Below are positions 1 through 8,532 of a stretch of DNA of 35,920 nucleotides, one piece after another. The translations under genes were made by a program, and so were the position numbers. Each line of letters starts with the position of its first letter. Within the stretch, counting starts at the first letter, position 1. The notes beneath the pieces are model-generated. The model searched no databases. It had not been told where the DNA came from and worked only from the letters and a program-made list of their open reading frames with translations. The stretch is taken from the IMG/VR virus record IMGVR_UViG_649989946_000004; one strand, 5' to 3'. Source of the DNA: a virus (taxonomy: Duplodnaviria; Heunggongvirae; Uroviricota; Caudoviricetes).

Positions 1-1143
1 CTATGCTGTTTTGATATCTACGATAATCCAGTCTTTACCACGATCATCATTGTATCGGTCGGTCATTTTTCTGGATTTATGGCCTAACAACTTTTGCGTA
101 TCCAGACCCTGTTCCCGATATAACCGTTCTGACAGAGATCGCTGCTCATGAAATGTGGGCGCAGTTCCTTGCTCCCATTTTATGCCACATTTTTCCCTGG
201 CCTTTTTAAAAGCCGTTGTCAGAGTATTTGCAGAAACCTGGTCTCCTCTGTTTGCTTGAGAGGTAGTGTGACGGTAATGGACCAGATATTTACTAACAAC
301 AGCATCCCTGCACTGAGATATAACTTCACGAAGGGTAATATTCAGAGCATCGCATTTCAGGTTAAGCGGAATAGCAAGTTTTGAACCGGTTTTTTCCTGA
401 GTAATGTGCAACATGTCGTCCCAGATATCAGAGAATTTCAAATTGCAGATATCACCTAAACGTTGTCCAGTAACAAGAGCAAGTAGCATGCCGCATTTTA
501 AATAGGGCTGCCGTCTGCTTACGCTTTCAAATATTGCCTGCCATTCGGGCAGTGACAATCTTTGGCGGTTTACTCGATTTCGCGGTTGTTTTGTTGCCTG
601 CGCTGGGTTAAATCCTGGCGGAACATGTCCTGCGTGTTGTGCTTCTTTGAAGACGTCGATCAACACCATTCTCACGACTTGCGCCATCCTGTTATGACCT
701 TCAGCCTTTACAGCATCAATTATTTCGGCAATATCAAGTGCGGTAATATCCTTGAGGTGTTGCATTCCACAATGCTCACGGAAAAGACGAATGGGTTTGC
801 CTTTTTGCCGATAGGAGTTGGGTCTTAGTTCATTATGTTGCAGCCTGTCCTCCTGGATAGAAATATATTTATCAAGCCATTCTGTCACCGTAATGTCTGA
901 GCGCCTGCCTTTCATTCTTTCCAGACGCTCATTGACGCTTAATATTTGTCTGGTACGTTGTTCAGCAATAATGGTATTTGCTTCAGTAGCAACTTGTTTT
1001 GCTTCATTCTCATCAGTTCCTAAGCTATGAAAACGACCGGATAGTGGATGTTTGTATTGCCAATATACCTTTCCGGTTCGCTTATCTAATTTGCAATATA
1101 AATTGGGTATAGAGATTTTGTGAGATCGGGGTCTAGCAGCCAT
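1..1143 (-). CDS. int: Phage integrase (tyrosine recombinase), DLP12 IntD-like
   Basis: 380-aa ORF; translation closely matches my recollection of E. coli lambdoid/DLP12 integrase, including the C-terminal ...HEQRSLSERLYREQGLDTQKLLGHKSRKMTDRYNDDRGKDWIIVDIK. ATG at 1143, stop at window edge; attL would lie just outside the window. Confidence 0.9.
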   Translation of the reverse strand: MAARPRSHKISIPNLYCKLDKRTGKVYWQYKHPLSGRFHSLGTDENEAKQVATEANTIIAEQRTRQILSVNERLERMKGRRSDITVTEWLDKYISIQEDRLQHNELRPNSYRQKGKPIRLFREHCGMQHLKDITALDIAEIIDAVKAEGHNRMAQVVRMVLIDVFKEAQHAGHVPPGFNPAQATKQPRNRVNRQRLSLPEWQAIFESVSRRQPYLKCGMLLALVTGQRLGDICNLKFSDIWDDMLHITQEKTGSKLAIPLNLKCDALNITLREVISQCRDAVVSKYLVHYRHTTSQANRGDQVSANTLTTAFKKAREKCGIKWEQGTAPTFHEQRSLSERLYREQGLDTQKLLGHKSRKMTDRYNDDRGKDWIIVDIKTA

Positions 1144-1369
1144 CAGCGATTATCCGTTGGAGTTTTGGGTTTGCGTTTATTGGGAGTTGCGGTTCTGCAA
1201 GCGTTCCTACAAAACGGGAATTTCGGTCAATCATCCAGTAGCGACCAACTTTTATAGCGGGTGGGGCCATCATTTTCCCTTGCGCGTATTTTTTCAGAAC
1301 TCGCTCACTTGGTGCTAAGTCCCCAAATTCTTCTTTAGCCCAGTCCTGTAAAGTGATTAGTCGAGACAT
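1133..1369 (-). CDS. xis: Excisionase (Xis)
   Basis: 78-aa ORF directly upstream of and overlapping int; strong SD (GAGGAGG) before ATG; small basic protein typical of lambdoid Xis. Confidence 0.8.
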   Translation of the reverse strand: MSRLITLQDWAKEEFGDLAPSERVLKKYAQGKMMAPPAIKVGRYWMIDRNSRFVGTLAEPQLPINANPKLQRIIADGC

Positions 1370-1508
1370 TTGTCCTCCTCTTAGCTGCTGAGGGAGTTTG
1401 TGACCGATATATCTGACATGATATTAAGCTCATGGCAGGTACATCTCTTGACTGGTCATAGAGATAAATTTAATGCTGAGGAATGCAGTATTGAATTTAT
1501 CAATTTTT

Positions 1509-1748
1509 CTATTTCCTGCGTATGGCACGTAACTTCTTAATGTGTTCTGCCGTTTCGATCTCTTCTGCTATCCGATCTGCATCAGCTTTATTCACAGGTT
1601 CAAAGTCATGATTAAAGCGGAACATGCTGGCGATACATGTTCTGCCTTTTCGGATGTAGTGAACTTTGTTGTGGGTAGAACGCAGGATTTTGCAGGGAGT
1701 GCCGTGGTGGTCGACGTACCAGGTGTTAGGAAAAATGATTCTGAACAT
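1509..1748 (-). CDS. Hypothetical early-left (b-region) protein
   Basis: 79-aa ORF with ATG and GAGGTG SD; same strand and operon context as the other early-left genes; no family recognised. Confidence 0.55.
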   Translation of the reverse strand: MFRIIFPNTWYVDHHGTPCKILRSTHNKVHYIRKGRTCIASMFRFNHDFEPVNKADADRIAEEIETAEHIKKLRAIRRK

Positions 1749-1795
1749 TTTTACACCTCAGTTGGACGATGTTGAAATTTGCTGCTTTGAGGCCA

Positions 1796-2014
1796 TCACA
1801 GTCCCCATTGTTTGTTCTTAAGTTCGATCTCCTCCTGGCAACTTGCACAAGTCCGACAACCCTGAACGGCCAGGCGTCTTCGTTCATCTATCGGATCGCC
1901 ACACTCACAACAATGAGTGGCAGATATAGCCTGGTGGTTCAGGCGGCGCATTTTTATTGCTGTGTTGCGCTGTAATTCTTCAATTCCTGATGCTGAATCA
2001 ATGATGTCTGCCAT
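1796..2014 (-). CDS. TraR/DksA-family C4 zinc-finger protein
   Basis: 72-aa ORF with CxxC...(17)...CxxC motif (CCECGDPIDERRRLAVQGCRTCASC) typical of phage TraR/DksA-like proteins. Confidence 0.7.
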   Translation of the reverse strand: MADIIDSASGIEELQRNTAIKMRRLNHQAISATHCCECGDPIDERRRLAVQGCRTCASCQEEIELKNKQWGL

Positions 2015-2111
2015 CTTTCATTAATCCCTGAATTGTTGGTTAATACGCTTGAGGGTGAATGCGAATAATAAAAAGGAGCCTGTAGCTCCATGATGATTTT
2101 GTTTTTCATGC

Positions 2112-2393
2112 TCACCGTTCCTTAAAGACGCCGTTTAACATGCCGATCGCCAGGCTTAAATGAGTCGGTGTGAATCCCATCAGCGTTACCGTTTCGCGGT
2201 GCTTCTTCAGTACGCTACGGCAAATATCATCGACGTTTTTATCCGGGAACTGCTGTCTGGCTTTTTTGATTTCAGAATTAGCCTGACGGGCAATACTGCG
2301 AAGGGCGTTTTCTTGCTGATGTGTCATTGAACAAGTCCCATGTCGGCAAGCATAAGCACACAGAATATGAAGCCCGCTGCCAGAAAAATGCAT
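2112..2393 (-). CDS. Hypothetical early-left protein (start uncertain; possible internal start at 2327)
   Basis: 93-aa ORF in tandem with neighbours; no obvious SD at either candidate start. Confidence 0.4.
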   Translation of the reverse strand: MHFSGSGLHILCAYACRHGTCSMTHQQENALRSIARQANSEIKKARQQFPDKNVDDICRSVLKKHRETVTLMGFTPTHLSLAIGMLNGVFKER

Positions 2394-2403
2394 TCAGTGG
2401 TTG

Positions 2404-2595
2404 TCATACCTGGTCTCTCTCATCTGCTTCTGCTTTCGCCACCATCATTTCCAGCTTTTGTGAAAGGGATGCGGCTAACGTATGAAATTCTTCGTCTGTT
2501 TCTACTGGTATTGGCACAAACCTGACTCCAATTTGAGCGAGGCTATGTGCCATCTCAATGCTCGTTCTTAACTCAACAGGAGATGCTTTGTGCAT
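2404..2595 (-). CDS. Small early protein, lambda orf63-position homologue
   Basis: 63-aa ORF with GGGGAG SD; size and position (two genes downstream of exo) match lambda orf63; acidic C-terminus. Confidence 0.55.
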   Translation of the reverse strand: MHKASPVELRTSIEMAHSLAQIGVRFVPIPVETDEEFHTLAASLSQKLEMMVAKAEADERDQV

Positions 2596-2750
2596 ACAGC
2601 TCCCCGTTTATTATTTATCTCCTCAGCCAGCCGCTGTGCTTTCAGGGGATTTCGGGTAACAGAAAGGCCGGGAAATACCCAGCCTCGCTTTGTAACGGAG
2701 TAGACGAAAGTGATCGCGCCTACCCGGATATTATCGTGAGGATGCTTCAT
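2568..2750 (-). CDS. Small early protein, lambda orf60a-position homologue
   Basis: 60-aa ORF starting with ATGA overlap on the exo stop codon; size and position match lambda orf60a. Confidence 0.5.
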   Translation of the reverse strand: MKHPHDNIRVGAITFVYSVTKRGWVFPGLSVTRNPLKAQRLAEEINNKRGAVCTKHLLLS

Positions 2751-3427
2751 CGCCATTGCTCCCCAAATACAAAACCAATTTCAGCCAGTGCCTCGTCCAT
2801 TTTTTCGATGAACTCCGGCACCATCTCGTCAAAACTCGCCATGTACTTTTCATCCTGCTCAATCACGACATAATGCAGGCCTTCACGCTTCATTCGTGGG
2901 TCATAGTTGGCAAAGTACCAGGCATCTTTTCGCGTCACCCACATGCTGTACTGCACCTGGGCCATGTAAGCCGATTTTATTGCCTCGAAACCACCGAGCC
3001 GGAATTTCATGAAATCCCGGGAGGTAAACGGGCATTTCAGTTCAAGGCCGTTGCCGTCACTGCATAAACCATCGGGAGAGCAGGCGGTGCGCATACTTTC
3101 GTCGCGATAGATGATCGGGGATTCAGTAACATTCACGCCGGAAGTAAACTCAAACAGGGCTCTGGCGTCGTTCTCGTACTGTTTTCCCCAGGCCAGTGCT
3201 TTAGCGTTAACTTCCGGAGCCACACCGGTGCAAACCTCGGCAAGCAGGGTGTGGAAGTAGGACATTTTCATGTCAGGCCACTTCTTTCCTGAGCGGGGCT
3301 TTGCTATCACGTTGTGAACTTCTGAAGCGGTGATGACGCCGAGCCGTAATTTGTGCCATGCATCATCCCCCTGTTCGACAGCTCTCACGTCGATCCCGGT
3401 ACGCTGCAGGATAATGTCCGGTGTCAT
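2747..3427 (-). CDS. exo: Lambda exonuclease (Red alpha)
   Basis: 226-aa ORF; translation ([69 protein letters not shown]...) is near-identical to lambda Exo as I recall it. Confidence 0.95.
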   Translation of the reverse strand: MTPDIILQRTGIDVRAVEQGDDAWHKLRLGVITASEVHNVIAKPRSGKKWPDMKMSYFHTLLAEVCTGVAPEVNAKALAWGKQYENDARALFEFTSGVNVTESPIIYRDESMRTACSPDGLCSDGNGLELKCPFTSRDFMKFRLGGFEAIKSAYMAQVQYSMWVTRKDAWYFANYDPRMKREGLHYVVIEQDEKYMASFDEMVPEFIEKMDEALAEIGFVFGEQWR

Positions 3428-4209
3428 GCTGCCACCTTCTGCTCAGTGGCTTTCTGTTTCAGGAATCCGAGAGCTTTCACTGCTTCGGCCTGTGTCAGTT
3501 CTGACGATGCGCGAATGTCGCGGCGAAATATCTGGGAACAGAGCGGCAATAAGTCGTCATCCCATGTTTTATCCAGGGCAATCAGCAGAGTGTTAATCTC
3601 CTGCATGGTTTCATCGTTAACCGGAGTGATGTCGCGTTCCGGCTGACGTTCTGCAGTGTATGCGGTATTTTCGACAATGCGCTCGGCTTCATCCTTGTCA
3701 TAGATACCAGCAAATCCGAAGGCCAGACGGGCACACTGAATCATGGCTTTATGACGTAACATCCGTTTGGGATGCGACTGCCACGGCCCCGTGATTTCTC
3801 TGCCTTCGCGGGTTTTGAATGGTTCGCGGCGGCATTCATCCATCCACTCGGTAACGCAGATCGGATGATTGCGGTCCTTGCGGTAAATCCGGCATGTGCA
3901 GGATTCATTGTCCTGCTCAAAGTCCATACCATCAAACTGCTGGTTTTCATTGATGATGCGGGACCAGCCATCAACGCCCACCACCGGAACGATGCCGTTC
4001 TGCTTATCAGGGAAGGCGTAAATTTCTTTCGTCCACGGATTAAGGCCGTACTGGTTGGCGACGATCAACAATGCGATGAACTGCGCATCGCTGGCATCAC
4101 CTTTAAATGCCGTCTGGCGAAGAGTGGTGATCAGTTCCTGTGGGTCGACAGAATCCATGCCGACACGTTCAGCCAGCTTCCCTGCCAGCGTTGCGAGTGC
4201 TGTACTCAT
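3424..4209 (-). CDS. bet: Red beta single-strand annealing protein
   Basis: 261-aa ORF; near-identical to lambda Bet by recall; overlaps exo start (operon coupling). Confidence 0.95.
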   Translation of the reverse strand: MSTALATLAGKLAERVGMDSVDPQELITTLRQTAFKGDASDAQFIALLIVANQYGLNPWTKEIYAFPDKQNGIVPVVGVDGWSRIINENQQFDGMDFEQDNESCTCRIYRKDRNHPICVTEWMDECRREPFKTREGREITGPWQSHPKRMLRHKAMIQCARLAFGFAGIYDKDEAERIVENTAYTAERQPERDITPVNDETMQEINTLLIALDKTWDDDLLPLCSQIFRRDIRASSELTQAEAVKALGFLKQKATEQKVAA

Positions 4210-4214
4210 CCGTT

Positions 4215-4511
4215 TTATACCTCTGAATCAATATCAACCTGGTGGTGAGCAATGGTTTCAACCATGTACCGGATGTGTTCTGCCATGCGCTCCTGAAACT
4301 CAACATCGTCATCAAACGCACGGGTAATGGCTTTTTTGCTGGCCCCGTGGCGTTGCAAATGATCGATGCATAGCGATTCAAACAGGTGCTGGGGCAGGCC
4401 TTTTTCCATGTCGTCTGCCAGTTCTGCCTCTTTCTCTTCACGGGCGATCTGCTGGTAGTGACGCGCCCAGCTCTGAGCCTCAAGACGATCCTGAATGTAA
4501 TAAGCGTTCAT
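4215..4511 (-). CDS. gam: Gam (RecBCD inhibitor), short GamS-length form
   Basis: 98-aa [24 protein letters not shown]...[10 protein letters not shown] matches lambda GamS; no in-frame upstream start for the long form. Confidence 0.9.
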   Translation of the reverse strand: MNAYYIQDRLEAQSWARHYQQIAREEKEAELADDMEKGLPQHLFESLCIDHLQRHGASKKAITRAFDDDVEFQERMAEHIRYMVETIAHHQVDIDSEV

Positions 4512-4586
4512 GGCTGAACTCCTGAAAATGGCTGTGAAAATATCGCCCGCGAAATGCCAGGCTGATTAGGAAAACAGGAAAGGGGA

Positions 4587-4793
4587 TTAGTGATTGAGGC
4601 CGTTACCGCGTCCGTCGAGAAAAACTTCCACGAGCAAATCACGGGTATAAGTGCGCTCGATGCCGCGATGCAGATAAAGCCGTCCGCGTAAATTAGCTGA
4701 TGCAGTCCAGGTACCATCTTTGTGTTTGACCAGCATTCCTGGCATGACCGCACCGCGATTAACGGTCTGCGTTCCGTAATGTTGATGAACCAT
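4587..4793 (-). CDS. Hypothetical protein at the kil/N-equivalent position, first ORF downstream of PL (start ambiguous; frame stays open upstream to 4997)
   Basis: ATG at 4793 preceded by AGGAG SD gives a 68-aa product; the same frame stays open upstream to a TTG at 4997 and encodes an arginine-rich stretch (KRTRERRCDQ). Confidence 0.45.
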   Translation of the reverse strand: MVHQHYGTQTVNRGAVMPGMLVKHKDGTWTASANLRGRLYLHRGIERTYTRDLLVEVFLDGRGNGLNH

Positions 4794-5069
4794 AAAAACT
4801 CCTGCCCGTAAGCTGGGCTGCTGAACATATAGAGACTTCTGCGCGTATTCAGGCGGTGGATGGCCGCCGGTTGTCATAACTAAGCCGCCTCGTTGAAGCG
4901 ACTGAGGTATAAAGTGTTGTGTTGATTTCAGCTGGTCACACCGACGTTCACGCGTCCGTTTCACCCCTCGCACTCCCCGAAGCCTGCTGAAATTCAAACT
5001 GCGGATCTAAGCGGTCATCGCCACGGTGAAACAGGTGGTTACCGTATCGTTGTGTCGTTGCGATGAATT

Positions 5070-5140
5070 TATTTAAAACTATAGTTGTTTTATCGTCAAC
5101 AACAAAAGTTGTTTTGTCGGTTGTTTTAAATATAACTGGT
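5070..5140. promoter_or_regulatory. Putative OL/PL operator-promoter region
   Basis: Clustered GTTGTT/AACAAC half-sites (e.g. GTTGTTTTATCGTCAACAAC) sharing the half-site of the OR palindrome at 6616-6636; positioned between the immunity operon terminator and leftward early genes. Confidence 0.4.
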
Positions 5141-5240
5141 TGTATTTAGGATGGATTTATTTTGTGACTTGCATCGCATAGCGATAACTGAAGTGAGGTG
5201 TGGTGGTTTTTTGGACGGTATGAGTTATGAGGGGGAGGAA

Positions 5241-5265
5241 AAGAAAACCCGGCGCGGTTGCCGGG
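5241..5265 (-). terminator. Rho-independent terminator ending the cI-lipoprotein transcript
   Basis: Minus-strand hairpin CCCGGCAACCGCGCCGGG followed by TTTTCTTTT. Confidence 0.55.
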
Positions 5266-5299
5266 TATGATTATCAGTCAGCCCAACCTGATTTCGAGT

Positions 5300-5653
5300 T
5301 TATTTGGGTTTCTGACATTGTGTATTTCTTAATCGTGTCATCGTTAAAAAGAATAGTAAGTTCTTTTTCGTACCGTTCGTTCCATTATGGAATAATCCAT
5401 AGAATGGAATAAAAGTGGTGCCATTAACTTTTACTTTTGCAAAGGCGTACTTCCAGATCTCGTTTCCACTGTCAGTATATGAAACAGCATCAGGAGAACC
5501 AAAGTAAGATTTAACCTCATTCTTGGTTGTTTTACCTTCCTGAAGTTTAGACTGGACACTAATTTCAGTTTCATTTTTGAGTTGCTGGTTGCCTGAAGAA
5601 GCACACCCAGCCAATACAGATGCCATCATGGCAGCGATTAGGATTTTTCTCAT
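5300..5653 (-). CDS. Prophage lipoprotein (signal peptide + lipobox LAGC; BamE/SmpA-OmlA-like motif) at the rexAB-equivalent position
   Basis: 117-aa ORF MRKILIAAMMASVLAGC...; motif G.SPD...G.EIWKY resembles BamE-like lipoproteins. C-terminus likely frame-shifted at the T5 run 5334-5338: corrected frame would read ...GTKKELTILFNDDTIKKYTMSETQINSKSGWAD and end at 5278, 12 nt before the terminator. Confidence 0.6.
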   Translation of the reverse strand: MRKILIAAMMASVLAGCASSGNQQLKNETEISVQSKLQEGKTTKNEVKSYFGSPDAVSYTDSGNEIWKYAFAKVKVNGTTFIPFYGLFHNGTNGTKKNLLFFLTMTRLRNTQCQKPK

Positions 5654-5882
5654 TTTATGTTTCCATTCATTATAATCAGAAACATCTTAACATAATGATT
5701 CGAAATAAAAACCGCTACGAGATAGGGGGACATTTTGCTGACAGTAGCAACAAATCTCAGCTAACAACGAGAATATTTACTGAAATATGCAAACAGATTT
5801 GGCGTTCTTATAGAGAATTTAGTGCAATATCTAATCCGAGTGGTATAAACCTTAACCTTCGCTCCCTTAAGTCGTAGATAAA

Positions 5883-6572
5883 TTAACCATGCTTCCTGTA
5901 CGTCTGCGGCATGCTTCCAATGACCTTACCGAATATGAACACCCGGTTCATCTCGTCTTTCTCGATCGGGTCCCACGGCGAGTAGCTCTTGTTATCAGAG
6001 ATAACCAGCAGCTTATCCTTCATCATTTGAAGACGTTTTACATGGGCAGTGTCGTCGTACAGAAACGCATAGATGCCATCACCGTCGAAAGATTTAACAG
6101 TGATATCAACGAACAGCAGGTCACCTGGTTCGATCGTCCCTGACATGCTGTCACCTCGCACGTTAATGATGCGGATATTTTCCGCCTTCCTGCCATCGAA
6201 CATGTGACGAGCATCGTCAAACGAGTACTCAACCGAGCGTAGAACTTCTACAAACTCACGGTTGATTACACCTGGCCCGGCACTGACTTCTATATCAAGA
6301 ACGTCAATTTTGAAGTATTTGGAATGGCTGACAGTTGATTGTATTGGTTGCACTGTACTGTCTGACATATTTCCAACGCCAGAAGATAACCATTCTGCGC
6401 GCACACCCAAAGCGTTCGCGATCTCCACGATTTTAGTTGTTTGGTTAGCTTTCCCTGTTTCGATTTTCTGAATAGCAGCTTGGCTAACCCCGACCAAATC
6501 CCCAAGCGCCTTTTGTGTAAGGCCTCGCGCTAATCTGGCTTCTTTAAGTCTTTCTGAGAGTGTTGTTTTCAT
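5883..6572 (-). CDS. cI: CI-type prophage repressor (HTH_XRE + S24 LexA-like peptidase domain)
   Basis: 229-aa ORF with N-terminal HTH (LTQKALGDLVGVSQAAIQKIETGK) and C-terminal autocleavage domain (GDSM ... HVKRL); ATG has no SD, consistent with a leaderless PRM-type transcript. Confidence 0.9.
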   Translation of the reverse strand: MKTTLSERLKEARLARGLTQKALGDLVGVSQAAIQKIETGKANQTTKIVEIANALGVRAEWLSSGVGNMSDSTVQPIQSTVSHSKYFKIDVLDIEVSAGPGVINREFVEVLRSVEYSFDDARHMFDGRKAENIRIINVRGDSMSGTIEPGDLLFVDITVKSFDGDGIYAFLYDDTAHVKRLQMMKDKLLVISDNKSYSPWDPIEKDEMNRVFIFGKVIGSMPQTYRKHG

Positions 6573-6676
6573 AGATCAAATGTACAACCAAGGTTTTATT
6601 TCATCAAACGAAAATGGTTGTTGACTAAAAACAACCATAGTTTTAATCTTGATTCGGATTAACCACGGAGGTTGTT
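6573..6676. promoter_or_regulatory. OR/PR/PRM immunity switch region
   Basis: 21-bp palindrome GGTTGTTGACTAAAAACAACC (6616-6636) overlapping a -35 TTGACT (6621-6626), 17-nt spacer, -10 TAATCT (6644-6649) pointing at cro; divergent cI start at 6572. Confidence 0.6.
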
Positions 6677-6907
6677 ATGAACCCAGCAATCAAAACAGCG
6701 ATCAATATCGTTGGTTCACAAAAGAAACTAGGCGATGCCTGCGAAGTTTCACAGCAGGCCGTCTATAAGTGGCTTCACAACAAAGCAAAGGTATCCCCTG
6801 AACATGTCGGCAGCATTGTTACGGCTACTGGTGGAGTTGTGAAGGCATACCAGATTCGCCCGGATCTTCCGAAGTTGTTTCCACACACCGAAAAGAACGC
6901 AGCTTAA
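6677..6907 (+). CDS. cro: Cro-like transcriptional regulator (YdaS-type HTH)
   Basis: 76-aa ORF with GGAGG SD, divergent from cI; HTH-like segment QKKLGDACEVSQQAVYKW. Confidence 0.75.
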   Translation: MNPAIKTAINIVGSQKKLGDACEVSQQAVYKWLHNKAKVSPEHVGSIVTATGGVVKAYQIRPDLPKLFPHTEKNAA

Positions 6908-6919
6908 ATTTCCATTTCA

Positions 6920-6933
6920 CGCTCTTTAACAAT
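6920..6933 (+). promoter_or_regulatory. boxA-like antitermination element (putative nutR boxA)
   Basis: Sequence CGCTCTTTAACAAT immediately downstream of cro matches the boxA consensus (CGCTCTTTA / rrn-type GCTCTTTAACAA); no obvious boxB hairpin follows. Confidence 0.35.
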
Positions 6934-6976
6934 AAGCAATCAACTTAACAGTCAATTCAAACTAAAGGAGTCAATT

Positions 6977-7516
6977 ATGCAACCACTTACATACCAACAG
7001 ACTAGCGGATTTATTCCGACTGCGGTGATAAATCGTTCTCAAACAAAACAAGCTCCAGGCCACGAAAAAATCCGTGATGCCGTCCGCGCCTGGTCGGCTG
7101 TAGATAATCAGGATGTCGTTGCCGCACTCATTGTGAATGAGTATCGGGAGCAGGGCGACGGCACCATCGATTTCCCTGATGATGTCAGCCGTGCACGCCA
7201 GAAGCTGTTCCGCTTCCTCGATAACAAATTCGATTCTGAAAAATACCGAAATAACGTGCGTGAACTGACCCCGGCAATTCTGGCGGTACTACCGCTGGAA
7301 TATCGCGGTTACCTGGTTGAGCAGGATAGCTTCATGACTCGGTTGGCTGAAATGGAAAAGGAACTCAGTGAGGCAAAACAGGCTGTCATTCTCAACGCAC
7401 CACGCCACCAGAAACTGAAGGAAATGAGTGAAGGTATTGTGTCGATGTTTCGTGTGGACCCGGATCTGGCTGGTCCATTAATGGCGATGGTGACCACCAT
7501 GCTGGGGGCAATATGA
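6977..7516 (+). CDS. YdaT-like protein (CII-position regulator)
   Basis: 179-aa ORF with AAGGAG SD; segment RELTPAILAVLPLEYRGYL resembles Rac prophage YdaT as recalled. Confidence 0.6.
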   Translation: MQPLTYQQTSGFIPTAVINRSQTKQAPGHEKIRDAVRAWSAVDNQDVVAALIVNEYREQGDGTIDFPDDVSRARQKLFRFLDNKFDSEKYRNNVRELTPAILAVLPLEYRGYLVEQDSFMTRLAEMEKELSEAKQAVILNAPRHQKLKEMSEGIVSMFRVDPDLAGPLMAMVTTMLGAI

Positions 7517-7602
7517 CAGGTTCAGAAATGGCGAAAGTCGGTCTGCGGGAACAGAACCGACTTTCAGGTGCAAATCGTAACACACTCATTGCGGGAGGAA
7601 TT

Positions 7603-8532
7603 ATGGCAAACACTGCTGAGATATTCAATTTTCCAGTGCCGGATGCGGCACAAAAGGAGCCGCGCGTGGCAGATCTCGATGATGGTTATACGCGCATTGC
7701 AAATGAGTTGCTGGAAGCTGTGATGCTGGCCGGATTAACACAGCACCAGCTTCTGGTCTTCCTGGCTGTCATGCGCAAAACATATGGCTTTAATAAAAAA
7801 CTGGATTGGGTGAGCAACGAGCAACTTTCCGAGTTGACCGGGATATTGCCGCACAAGTGTTCTGCTGCAAAAAGTGTTCTGGTAAAGCGTGGGATTTTTA
7901 TTCAGAGCGGGCGGAATATCGGCATTAATAATGTGGTCAGTGAATGGTCAACATTACCCGAATCAGGTAAGAAAAATAAAGTTTACCTGAAAGAGGTAAA
8001 TTTACCTGAATCAGGTAAGAAAAGTTTACCCAAATCAGGTAAAGGCACTTACCCGAATCAGGTAAACACAAAAGACAAACTAACAAAAGACAATATAAAA
8101 CCTTTTTCGTCCGAGAATTCTGGCGAATCCTCTGACCAACCAGAAAACGATCTTCCTGTGGAGAAACCAGATGCTGCAATTCAGAGCGGCAGCAGGTGGG
8201 GGACAGCAGAAGACCTGACCGCCGCAGAGTGGATGTTTGACATGGTGAAGACCATCGCGCCATCAGCCAGAAAACCGAATTTTGCAGGGTGGGCTAACGA
8301 TATCCGCCTGATGCGTGAACGTGACGGCCGTAACCACCGCGACATGTGCGTGCTGTTCCGCTGGGCATGCCAGGACAACTTCTGGTCCGGTAACGTGCTA
8401 AGTCCGGCCAAACTCCGCGACAAGTGGACCCAACTCGAAATCAACCGTAACAAGCAACAGGCTGGCGTGATAGCCGGAAAATCAAAACTCGACCTGACAA
8501 ACACTGACTGGATTTACGGGGTGGATTTATGA
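7603..8532 (+). CDS. O: Replication initiator O
   Basis: N-terminal domain (MANTAEIFNFPV...VADLDDGYTRIANELLEAVMLAGLTQHQLLVFLAVMRKTYGFNK) matches lambda O; GGAGG SD before ATG at 7603; iteron array inside the gene; stop overlaps P start. Confidence 0.9.
   Translation: MANTAEIFNFPVPDAAQKEPRVADLDDGYTRIANELLEAVMLAGLTQHQLLVFLAVMRKTYGFNKKLDWVSNEQLSELTGILPHKCSAAKSVLVKRGIFIQSGRNIGINNVVSEWSTLPESGKKNKVYLKEVNLPESGKKSLPKSGKGTYPNQVNTKDKLTKDNIKPFSSENSGESSDQPENDLPVEKPDAAIQSGSRWGTAEDLTAAEWMFDMVKTIAPSARKPNFAGWANDIRLMRERDGRNHRDMCVLFRWACQDNFWSGNVLSPAKLRDKWTQLEINRNKQQAGVIAGKSKLDLTNTDWIYGVDL
7954..8067. repeat. Origin iterons (ori) inside O
   Basis: Five ~19-bp direct repeats (TTACC(C/T)GAATCAGGTAA-like) within the O linker region, the arrangement of lambda ori. 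Confidence 0.8.

Noticed and set aside
4508-4828. 106-aa minus-strand ORF overlapping the gam start and the kil-position gene
   Set aside because: Alternative frame of two better-supported genes, no SD, Cys/Ser-rich unstructured translation; likely spurious.
4794-4997. Calling the upstream extension of the kil-position ORF as an N gene
   Set aside because: Requires a TTG/GTG start without SD and shows only a short arginine-rich stretch; kept as a hypothesis in findings, not annotated as N.
7954-8067. Short direct repeats that could be mistaken for a CRISPR array
   Set aside because: Five ~19-bp imperfect repeats with 0-6 bp spacers inside the O gene, no cas genes, no leader; these are origin iterons.
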